32,000 bases of DNA from Formosa sp. Hel1_33_131 (GCF_001735745.1 NZ_CP017260.1:1980001-2012000); one strand, 5' to 3'; shown: positions 9,117 through 15,536, counted from the stretch's first letter. Notes: a model not told the origin generated them from the sequence alone. Made by a program: numbers and translations.

Positions 9117-9190
9117 TTCAATTTAATTTTAGGACAAAAAAAAGTTTACCGAAAAATGTCCGACCCGTTTTCCTTTGTACATATCTGTTT

Positions 9191-9685
9191 TTAAAGCTCT
9201 TTATTATCATTTTTGTCCATTTTACGATCCCTGTAAAATCCTTTATATAAAGTATCAGCACTAATTTCATCCTCGTGAATGTCGTAATGTCTCAAAAACT
9301 GAGAGATCGCACGCACCGTATTTTGTTTATTGATAGAATCGTGGTCGGAATTAAAAAACTTCAAACCACTACCAACAGAGACTTCGATATAACCATATAA
9401 ATCATTCAAAAACACCTTATGAATCATTTCTGCAAGGTCCTTTAATTTAAGACCATTAATATCAAACCCGACATCTTTCACTATGGAAGATGGAATCCCG
9501 AGCGAATAAAAATCCAATCCGGGAATGTGTTCCTTTGATTTTCTGTATTGTTTGTCCAACAAATTAACCAAATACCTACCAAGCCAAGATTTTCGACTCA
9601 CACAATGCTCAGTCCCATATTTTGCCGTCAAATATTTTTTTAAATACGATTTTACAGGAACGTGAAGCGTTACTAATTTACTCAT
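9191..9685 (-). CDS. Hypothetical phage protein, ~164 aa
   Basis: ORF track. The start is probably MSKLVTLHV (9685); 9691 is an alternative. Confidence 0.55.
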   Translation of the reverse strand: MSKLVTLHVPVKSYLKKYLTAKYGTEHCVSRKSWLGRYLVNLLDKQYRKSKEHIPGLDFYSLGIPSSIVKDVGFDINGLKLKDLAEMIHKVFLNDLYGYIEVSVGSGLKFFNSDHDSINKQNTVRAISQFLRHYDIHEDEISADTLYKGFYRDRKMDKNDNKEL

Positions 9686-9725
9686 AAACAATCTGATTTA
9701 TAAGCTATTAAGATACGAAATTCTA

Positions 9726-9971
9726 CTAAATTCCTGTACTTTTTATCTCATAACTTTTCCCAGAAATGAGTTTTTTAAATGTCCTTTTTGTTCCAGTAGT
9801 AGGATATTGCACTTCAAAATAAGAAACGCCTTGTTTTTTTAAAGTTTCAATAATTTTTAAAGAAGCAGCTAAAGTACCATCGGTTTTCACATCCACCAAA
9901 ACCAGAGTCGGTACCTTTTTCACCAATTTTGAGACTCTTTTTTTGACTGTTACTAATTTTTCAGTTGCCAT
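9726..9971 (-). CDS. Hypothetical phage protein, 81 aa, first gene after the late promoter at 9996-10030
   Basis: ORF track. Confidence 0.5.
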   Translation of the reverse strand: MATEKLVTVKKRVSKLVKKVPTLVLVDVKTDGTLAASLKIIETLKKQGVSYFEVQYPTTGTKRTFKKLISGKSYEIKSTGI

Positions 9972-9995
9972 TTTGTATATTTTTTTAAGTTCTTA

Positions 9996-10030
9996 CAAAC
10001 ATACTTCGCTCCAAAAAAATAAAATAGGAC
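9996..10030 (-). promoter_or_regulatory. Late-promoter-like cassette GTCCTATTTTA-N16-TATGTTTG (perfect -7 box)
   Basis: Minus strand has the motif at 10030-10020 and TATGTTTG at 10003-9996. ATG is at 9971. Confidence 0.6.
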
Positions 10031-10063
10031 AGTTTTTTGAGTAGGGCTCATTTTCAAAGCAAA

Positions 10064-10324
10064 CCGTTCATTTGTTCCAAGATTCTACTTAAAATACTGA
10101 TAATAAAACAGTTACACCTATGAACGCCTTTATTTTTATCTTGGAACATAATGAACGACACAATCCATGTTCCAAGAAATCTTGGAACAATAAAAACGCT
10201 GTTCATTTTGTTCCAAGATTTTTAATATAAAATTAATAGATTAAATACATACTTAACTACTTAATAATTAAATAGTTATAGTAAATAATAAATACAATCT
10301 TGGAACAAATGAACAAATGAACGG
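10064..10324. repeat. Iteron cluster: six copies of ATCTTGGAACA(nAATGAACG) in both orientations around an almost pure A/T core
   Basis: Forward copies are at 10138, 10179 and 10297. Reverse copies end at 10083, 10178 and 10219. The A/T stretch is 10220-10296. Confidence 0.8.
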
Positions 10325-10366
10325 TTAATCCCAATGGTTTTTAGTTTTACTAGTTTTTTTAAATAT

Positions 10367-10420
10367 GGGGGTGTGGGGGTTTGGGTTTTTGGATGGAATT
10401 GAATGGATGGGATGGAAGGG
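10367..10420 (+). repeat. G-rich tract (G5, G5, G3, ..., G3, G3)
   Basis: GGGGGTGTGGGGGTTTGGGTTTTTGGATGGAATTGAATGGATGGGATGGAAGGG, read directly from the sequence. Confidence 0.7.
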
Positions 10421-10477
10421 ATATAAATAGGACCACAGCACGCGCCACTGGTTTATGGGTTCATAGGATCTCTAACT

Positions 10478-10502
10478 AAAAAAACCGCCCGAGGGCGGTT
10501 TT
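10478..10502 (-). terminator. Intrinsic terminator ending the early operon (also usable on the plus strand)
   Basis: GC stem ACCGCC/GGCGGT with loop CGAG, followed by U7 on the minus strand. Confidence 0.75.
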
Positions 10503-10524
10503 GAAAAGGATTTTTAATTCATTG

Positions 10525-10590
10525 TTAGCGATCGATAAAAGCTGTATTATCCCGACACATAGCTCCGTTAATACGGACTTTTGTTGACAT
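10525..10590 (-). CDS. Mini-ORF inside 71-bp element copy 1: MSTKVRINGAMCRDNTAFIDR (21 aa)
   Basis: Hand translation. It is conserved with the mini-ORFs in copies 2 and 3. Coding status is unproven. Confidence 0.3.
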   Translation of the reverse strand: MSTKVRINGAMCRDNTAFIDR

Positions 10591-10601
10591 ATACGGTAGT
10601 T
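10531..10601 (-). repeat. 71-bp conserved element, copy 1
   Basis: 65/71 identical to copy 3 by hand alignment. On the minus strand it begins at the stop codon of the upstream gene. Confidence 0.8.
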
Positions 10602-10839
10602 AAGCACAAGCTCTATTGAGTGCTTCGATTGTCCATTTTATTGCTGTATTAACATCCCCGTGTTTGCCATTATCTCCCATCCCTTGACAGTATGGTAATA
10701 ATTTATGGTCGTGTCTGTGATAATTTCCTCCTACTATTCCATTGTCAAACACTACTTTTTTCCATAACCATTTTCGAGTTAAGAGCCAGTGCTTAACACG
10801 TGGTATAGTTAATTGGGGTTTTTCTGCGTTATTCATCAT
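10600..10839 (-). CDS. Hypothetical phage protein, 79 aa
   Basis: ORF track. Confidence 0.5.
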   Translation of the reverse strand: MMNNAEKPQLTIPRVKHWLLTRKWLWKKVVFDNGIVGGNYHRHDHKLLPYCQGMGDNGKHGDVNTAIKWTIEALNRACA

Positions 10840-10915
10840 TTGTTATATTTATTAAATTTCTACTAAATCTGTAGGTTGTCGGTATCTAATCCCCAACTAA
10901 CCATACCACCATCCG

Positions 10916-11404
10916 TTAACTACAAGCACTACCTTCTTCTACCAACCAGAGATTAGGAGACATAAAAGGCTCTAAATCATAAGGTCGTTTACCATCGTGC
11001 AAGGCATATTTTATTCCGCTAATATGTTCCAATTTTACTACGGTAAATACAGAGCCTTGAACCGTATCTACTTTATCGCCAACATATATTTTTTTATTAT
11101 CTCTAGTTTTTACACCTGTATATTCTTTTTGTTTCATTTCGTTTCTAATTAAGCTTAGTACTACTATCTTGTTTGCTTCGATATAAGCAAGTGCTTCTTT
11201 GCCATCTATCCTAATTTTGTTTGGTTGTTCTTTATATCTTTCGTGATTAAACTGCACATACGCCACTTTAGTTTCTCCGTGTCCACAACAAGCGTTCATA
11301 ACATTTTTTAAAGTGCCAATACACCCATCGTGACCTTCTGGTGTTCGGTGCTTTTTACAATGCAAACAAAATTCTTTTCCTATGCCATCTAGGTAATTAC
11401 CCAT
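10916..11404 (-). CDS. Cys/His-rich (putative zinc-binding) phage protein, 162 aa
   Basis: Cys/His cluster CLHCKKH...GHDGC...ACCGHG. I chose the start at ATG 11404 (MGNYLDG) over the TTG at 11425. Confidence 0.55.
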   Translation of the reverse strand: MGNYLDGIGKEFCLHCKKHRTPEGHDGCIGTLKNVMNACCGHGETKVAYVQFNHERYKEQPNKIRIDGKEALAYIEANKIVVLSLIRNEMKQKEYTGVKTRDNKKIYVGDKVDTVQGSVFTVVKLEHISGIKYALHDGKRPYDLEPFMSPNLWLVEEGSACS

Positions 11405-11523
11405 AATTTTAAAAGTTGCTAGCAAGGGCTATAATTCATCCCTTGCTAATGTTAGTATTTAATTTGATAGTTCGTTTTGTATAGGCACGAAATCATAGCC
11501 CAGAGCCGTTATAAAACATTACC

Positions 11524-11844
11524 TTATTTGGTAGTGTCATATACGGTTTCTGTTTCACCATTCGGTTTTCTTTTCCTTATTTTTAAGGGGTCAAAGTGTT
11601 TCATGTTTGTAATCCCAACTGGGATGTCGTACCAATCATTTGGAAAACCTAAACAACAGTATTCTAATTTCTCGCCTTCTTCAACCAACGGTAACGGTTT
11701 TATAACATCGGATATAGGCAAATTATTTACTAATCTTTCGTACATTTTATCAAATACCTCATACTTTTTATCGCTGTTAGTTATCTCCATTCCTTTAATG
11801 AATAACCATTCTAAAGCACTTTTTTCTTGTTTTGTAAATTCCAT
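11524..11844 (-). CDS. Hypothetical phage protein, 106 aa (full-length parent of the duplicated 5' fragment)
   Basis: ATG start at MEFTKQEKSALEWLF. Its 5' 46 codons plus the leader lie in the 189-bp repeat. Confidence 0.55.
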   Translation of the reverse strand: MEFTKQEKSALEWLFIKGMEITNSDKKYEVFDKMYERLVNNLPISDVIKPLPLVEEGEKLEYCCLGFPNDWYDIPVGITNMKHFDPLKIRKRKPNGETETVYDTTK

Positions 11845-11897
11845 TTGTTTAGTCTTTTTAAATCCGTAAATAATCAACCCATATCTGCGCACCGTTA
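11709..11897. repeat. 189-bp perfect direct repeat, copy 1
   Basis: Base-for-base identical to 13883-14071 by direct reading. The ORF-track shadow ORFs are also identical. Confidence 0.9.
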
Positions 11898-11901
11898 TAA
11901 A

Positions 11902-12123
11902 CTATGCTTTGGTTATTGCTTTTTTGCGAGGTTTAGGTTGTAAATATTTAATGCATTTTATAAGTTCTTCAATTTCTGCAATGTTCTGCTTTAAATCTTC
12001 AGCGTATTGCTTCTTTTCTATTGTATCTAATTCAGGGTTGTTTATGCCACAAACATTACTGCCTGCACAATCTTGGTTGTGGTTTAATTGGCGCATTAAA
12101 TATTTTATGATGGTCTGTTTCAT
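11902..12123 (-). CDS. Hypothetical phage protein, 73 aa
   Basis: ORF track. I preferred the ATG at 12123 (MKQTIIKYL) over the GTG at 12153. Confidence 0.5.
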   Translation of the reverse strand: MKQTIIKYLMRQLNHNQDCAGSNVCGINNPELDTIEKKQYAEDLKQNIAEIEELIKCIKYLQPKPRKKAITKA

Positions 12124-12236
12124 TTTATTAAATTTCGTGCTTATTTTCCGCACATTTCATATACAATTCCGTTACTTCGCTAAGTCGGGATACTTTGCGG
12201 AGCGGGTGATTCTTATAGAGTAATCAAAATATTTAA

Positions 12237-12500
12237 CTAAAAAAACATTCTTTTCATTTCGGTGTTGTCACTTTCCGATGGAATGAGATAAGGTCTTAAG
12301 TCTAAAGCCCCACATATCTCTAAGTACACACCTAGCGGCATTGGTGTTTTGATTTTGAAATAACCTATCAAAGTAGGCTCGCTTACTTCTAGGATCACCA
12401 CGAGCTTTCTGATGGTTACTTTTTTTTCCTTCATTCTTTTTTTTAAGTAGGACATGATTAGCTGCTGCCCTACTTTTGATGCTTGCTTGTAGTTTTTCAT
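12237..12500 (-). CDS. Putative HTH DNA-binding protein, 87 aa
   Basis: The segment VTIRKLVVILEVSEPTLIGYF resembles an XRE-type helix-turn-helix. The gene abuts the upstream gene (12500/12501). Confidence 0.5.
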   Translation of the reverse strand: MKNYKQASKVGQQLIMSYLKKRMKEKKVTIRKLVVILEVSEPTLIGYFKIKTPMPLGVYLEICGALDLRPYLIPSESDNTEMKRMFF

Positions 12501-12773
12501 TTATGCTTTTTTAGTTTTTGTTATCCAAGTATTCAGAGGTTGATTAATTGATTTCAACTCTTCATCGCTCCAATCTGTATGTTCGCCATCAACAATCTTA
12601 CATAGCTCATACTCATGTCCCTCTTTAAAATCAAAACTATTTACATCTAGTTTTTTAAAAGCATTGTAAGCGTCTTTTAAGTCGTCAAATTCTGTTTTGA
12701 TTTTTGCGTTACCATAATTTAAGTCTAGTTCTTGTGAATTTTCGTTTCTCCACACTAATTTGTAATTTTTCAT
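12501..12773 (-). CDS. Hypothetical phage protein, 90 aa
   Basis: ORF track. Confidence 0.5.
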   Translation of the reverse strand: MKNYKLVWRNENSQELDLNYGNAKIKTEFDDLKDAYNAFKKLDVNSFDFKEGHEYELCKIVDGEHTDWSDEELKSINQPLNTWITKTKKA

Positions 12774-12968
12774 AATTTTTGGGTTTTTGGGTTATTTTTT
12801 TTAATAATTATTACATTTAATTTAAGGTAGTTGCTTCCTTGCAACACTTCGAAGATACGTGTTAACTTAAATATATACAAGTTTTATTTGAAAAAACTTT
12901 AGTATTTTAATGCTTTTTATGGAATTATCAATAAATAAGATGTTTTATTGAATATTATTTAAAGGTTT

Positions 12969-13052
12969 TTACTCTTTTTTTGTCCATCTCGTTCCTATGA
13001 AGATGATTAGAGCTATCATTTCTATTGTAAAAAGTGTGATCAATGTTTTCAT
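12969..13052 (-). CDS. 27-aa hydrophobic peptide MKTLITLFTIEMIALIIFIGTRWTKKE
   Basis: Hand translation. It has an ATG start 4 nt after the stop of the mini-ORF in element copy 2, and one predicted TM helix. Confidence 0.3.
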   Translation of the reverse strand: MKTLITLFTIEMIALIIFIGTRWTKKE

Positions 13053-13055
13053 GTT

Positions 13056-13163
13056 TTAAAATAGGTGTTTTGCTTTTTTGTTTATATTCCAAGCCTTGAA
13101 ACACTCGATAAAAGTTGTGTTATCCCGTGATATATACCCGTTAAGACACCTTTTAGTACGCAT
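13056..13163 (-). CDS. Mini-ORF inside 71-bp element copy 2: MRTKRCLNGYISRDNTTFIECFKAWNINKKAKHLF (35 aa)
   Basis: Hand translation. It is homologous to the mini-ORFs of copies 1 and 3. Confidence 0.3.
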   Translation of the reverse strand: MRTKRCLNGYISRDNTTFIECFKAWNINKKAKHLF

Positions 13164-13174
13164 ATACGGTAGTT
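13104..13174 (-). repeat. 71-bp conserved element, copy 2 (most diverged)
   Basis: It shares the TCGATAAAAGTTGTGTTATCCC and GCATATACGGTAGTT ends with copy 3. About three quarters of positions are identical by eye. Confidence 0.7.
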
Positions 13175-13184
13175 AGCCACAAAT

Positions 13185-13388
13185 TCACTCAATTTCGGTG
13201 GTTTGTTTGGCTTTTATACACTTGTAACCTTCTCGTTTAAATTTTAGCCAAGAACATCTTTCACCATTCCATAGCTTCATCCACTTTTCAATTGAAGCGG
13301 TTCTTGTTCTTTCAAATGTGTATGGTAATATAAATGTTCCGTTCATGGAAGCTATTACCCATCCTTTATCTATTTCTTTTGATTTCAT
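13185..13388 (-). CDS. Hypothetical phage protein, 67 aa
   Basis: ORF track. Confidence 0.5.
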   Translation of the reverse strand: MKSKEIDKGWVIASMNGTFILPYTFERTRTASIEKWMKLWNGERCSWLKFKREGYKCIKAKQTTEIE

Positions 13389-13477
13389 ATTTCGTTTTTT
13401 TTAATCCGTTCATCAGTTGCTAACATTATCTATAAATGCATTGAAACGCATTATAGATTTAGCGTTGTAGCTAATGC

Positions 13478-13771
13478 CTAAAGAGCTTTAAGTCTATCAA
13501 TCTCGGCAGCTATCAACGCACCAGCTTTTTGAAGTTCACGAATACGATCTTCAGGTGTCGGTTTCCACCACTTTCTTTCAAATGGCCAAATATGTGGTGT
13601 GCTGTCATAACCTTCTGATGTGGTTCTCCTGTAAAGTTCAGCAGAAGCATAAGCTGCTGCTGCGTGTGCTAAATCACCAGTATTGTGCTGTGCATCGTGT
13701 TCGGGTGTCCAGCCTTCTTTTTCAATTTGTCGCTGCCTTTCTTCGGCAATTAATTCAATTCCAGTTTTCAT
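13478..13771 (-). CDS. Hypothetical phage protein, 97 aa (alternative ATG at 13840 would add a hydrophobic N-terminus)
   Basis: ORF track. The conserved-looking core is IAEERQRQIEKEGWTPEHDAQHNTGDLAHAAAAY. Confidence 0.55.
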   Translation of the reverse strand: MKTGIELIAEERQRQIEKEGWTPEHDAQHNTGDLAHAAAAYASAELYRRTTSEGYDSTPHIWPFERKWWKPTPEDRIRELQKAGALIAAEIDRLKAL

Positions 13772-13871
13772 AATTAAATTTTCGTTTAAGGCACTGGCTA
13801 CAACAATGTATAAAAACAAGCCGCTGAAAAGCCAGTGCATAATTTCAGCGTTTGTCGTGGCGGCCAGATTT

Positions 13872-14018
13872 TTATACTTGGCCGGATATAGGCAAATTAT
13901 TTACTAATCTTTCGTACATTTTATCAAATACCTCATACTTTTTATCGCTGTTAGTTATCTCCATTCCTTTAATGAATAACCATTCTAAAGCACTTTTTTC
14001 TTGTTTTGTAAATTCCAT
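13872..14018 (-). pseudogene. Truncated 5' duplicate of gene 11524..11844 (46 identical codons, then GQV-stop)
   Basis: It lies within copy 2 of the 189-bp repeat. The reading frame diverges exactly at the repeat boundary (13883). Confidence 0.7.
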
Positions 14019-14071
14019 TTGTTTAGTCTTTTTAAATCCGTAAATAATCAACCCATATCTGCGCACCGTTA
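13883..14071. repeat. 189-bp perfect direct repeat, copy 2
   Basis: Identical to 11709-11897, offset by 2174 bp. Confidence 0.9.
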
Positions 14072-14080
14072 ACTGCAAGG

Positions 14081-14521
14081 CTACGATAAAGCTCTAATCA
14101 ACATTATTGCTCGCAAATTCGCCTCATTACTTCCTTCTGCCGTTCCATTTTCATCTCTACCATTCCAAAGATTTTCAGGGAACACATAAACAGAATATTT
14201 TTCTACTTTTTCCAATAGCAATACACCAAGTTCGGCAACTGTAAAAGCAGAGGAGTTTTCTACATTATAGCCATCTTCAAGTTGCAGTTCGCTTTCATCT
14301 GTAATTAAATAAGGTTCGGGAGCATCTTCACCGTGTTCCCAATAAAACTTTGATTCTTGTTTTACACCTAATTCTTTCAATTCTTTCGCAAATTCGGCAT
14401 TACATACTTGCTCTTCTAATTTCATTTTGTTGTTATTTGACACCTTTTTTACTTCATCAATTAAAGTGGCTTTGTATTCTCCTGCTAATTCTCTGTTGCT
14501 AAATGTTAATTTAGTTTTCAT
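14081..14521 (-). CDS. Hypothetical acidic phage protein, 146 aa (the frame stays open upstream into element copy 3; alternative start ATG 14641)
   Basis: ORF track. I preferred the MKTKLTFSNREL start. The 14081..14716 extension reads through the 71-bp element. Confidence 0.55.
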   Translation of the reverse strand: MKTKLTFSNRELAGEYKATLIDEVKKVSNNNKMKLEEQVCNAEFAKELKELGVKQESKFYWEHGEDAPEPYLITDESELQLEDGYNVENSSAFTVAELGVLLLEKVEKYSVYVFPENLWNGRDENGTAEGSNEANLRAIMLIRALS

Positions 14522-14581
14522 AGTATATGTTTTAAGGTTATACCAGTAATATACGACTGATTTAAAGTAATTAAAAGCTTT

Positions 14582-14652
14582 GTCGATAAAAGTTGTGTTA
14601 TCCCCACACATAGATCCGTTAATACGGACTTTTGTTGGCATATACGGTAGTT
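14582..14652 (-). repeat. 71-bp conserved element, copy 3
   Basis: Its mini-ORF MPTKVRINGSMCGDNTTFIDKAFNYFKS... is in frame with the downstream gene. Confidence 0.8.
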
Positions 14653-14679
14653 GTAAACAAGCCGCCAATCTATACGCAA

Positions 14680-14711
14680 GTGTTGTGAAAAGGGCGGCCA
14701 GTTCACAACAC
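14680..14711. repeat. Perfect 10-bp-stem hairpin GTGTTGTGAA-N12-TTCACAACAC with a GGCC-containing loop
   Basis: Read directly from the sequence. No U-run follows on either strand. Confidence 0.7.
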
Positions 14712-15132
14712 TGCATATAAAAAATAGCTTGGCCATTACTTTTTAATCAACTTTCGGCCAGTACTTTATTTTCTTGGCCAACGCTTTTAATTTCGTCAAC
14801 TAATAAACCCATCTTTCTAATCCATTGGCCATCTTCTAAAATTTCAAGTGGGCAAAATTCAGATAGTTCGACCATATTAACAAATTTGCCATTATACAAC
14901 CTAGAGTGAAAGTCACAATGTAATATTTCCCCACTTTCGGCCACCCAAATTTTTTGCATATCGTGGCCTAAATCTGCAAGTATCAGTTCTTTAAAAGTTG
15001 TCTTGGCCAACCATTGGTCAAATTCCTTTTGGTTGTTAAATTTCTCGGCCACATACTTCGGTTTTAATTCAATTTTATTCATCATTTTTGGTTTTATGGC
15101 CAACGCTTCAAAAAAATAAAGTGAGGATGGCC
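14696..15132. repeat. Cluster of 11 GGCC sites (consensus YTYGGCCA) over one small gene and its flanks
   Basis: Hand count of GGCC starts: 14696, 14731, 14756, 14776, 14827, 14939, 14965, 15005, 15047, 15098, 15129. Confidence 0.8.
14747..15085 (-). CDS. Hypothetical phage protein, 112 aa, carrying 7 GGCC sites
   Basis: ORF track. I preferred the ATG-ATG start at 15085 over the TTG at 15103. Confidence 0.55.
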   Translation of the reverse strand: MMNKIELKPKYVAEKFNNQKEFDQWLAKTTFKELILADLGHDMQKIWVAESGEILHCDFHSRLYNGKFVNMVELSEFCPLEILEDGQWIRKMGLLVDEIKSVGQENKVLAES

Positions 15133-15187
15133 TGTTTATATTTATTAATTTCCGTGCTTTAACACGCTACTTTTTATATGCTTTTCG

Positions 15188-15535
15188 TTATAAAAACTTA
15201 AAACTCCCAAAATTAGCAACCACCGTATAAGGGTCTCCAGTAATCGTTGGGTCCGTAATTAGTTCTGTTTTATATCTGTGCAATAAAAAAGGCACTCCAT
15301 CCACAGAATAAAACCGTTTTTTTACAGAGGCATAGTCAACGCATTTACAGCGTTCTTTGATAAAATCACTAAATTCCAAAGGAGTCTTAAACTCAAATCC
15401 CTTACGTTTCAATCCAGCAATAGCATAATAATCTAGGGACCTGTTTTGTTTATATCTGAAACCTTGAATTAATTCATCTTGTATATTGCTAATGAATTCA
15501 AGCTGTTCGTTGAGTTCTTGATCTGTATATTTCAT
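15188..15535 (-). CDS. Hypothetical phage protein, 115 aa
   Basis: I moved the start to MKYTDQELNEQ (ATG 15535), just after the upstream stop at 15537. Confidence 0.55.
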   Translation of the reverse strand: MKYTDQELNEQLEFISNIQDELIQGFRYKQNRSLDYYAIAGLKRKGFEFKTPLEFSDFIKERCKCVDYASVKKRFYSVDGVPFLLHRYKTELITDPTITGDPYTVVANFGSFKFL

Positions 15536-15536
15536 T

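Noticed and set aside
9117-9146. Seventh late-promoter cassette (T8-GTCCTAAAATTAAATTTGAA-ATG)
   Set aside because: Only GTCCTA and the T-run are conserved. The TAAATTTG box is 10 nt from the motif and 2 nt from the ATG, so the fixed 16-nt geometry is absent. Similar partial matches at 10421-10433 and 13053-13066 were rejected for the same reason.
10064-10324. Possible CRISPR array
   Set aside because: The repeats are only ~11-20 bp, occur in both orientations, have irregular spacing, and no cas genes are present. The pattern fits iterons or operators better.
10364-10426. 20-codon Gly/Trp ORF (MGVWGFGFLDGIEWMGWKGYK) in the G-rich tract
   Set aside because: There is no supporting context. The composition is a by-product of the G-runs.
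11533-11552. Short match (CATATACGGT) to the end of the 71-bp element inside gene 11524..11844
   Set aside because: Only ~12 nt match and they lie within coding sequence, which is compatible with chance.
11477-14043. Plus-strand ORFs 11477..11869 and 13852..14043 with identical C-terminal halves
   Set aside because: The identity is simply the 189-bp repeat read on the wrong strand. The minus-strand frame carries the coherent gene.
14081-14736. Long forms of the ORFs (211 aa from 14716; 72 aa at 14518..14736)
   Set aside because: The N-terminal extensions read through the hairpin and the 71-bp element. The internal ATG at 14521 (or 14641) is more plausible, although in-frame fusion with the mini-ORF cannot be excluded.
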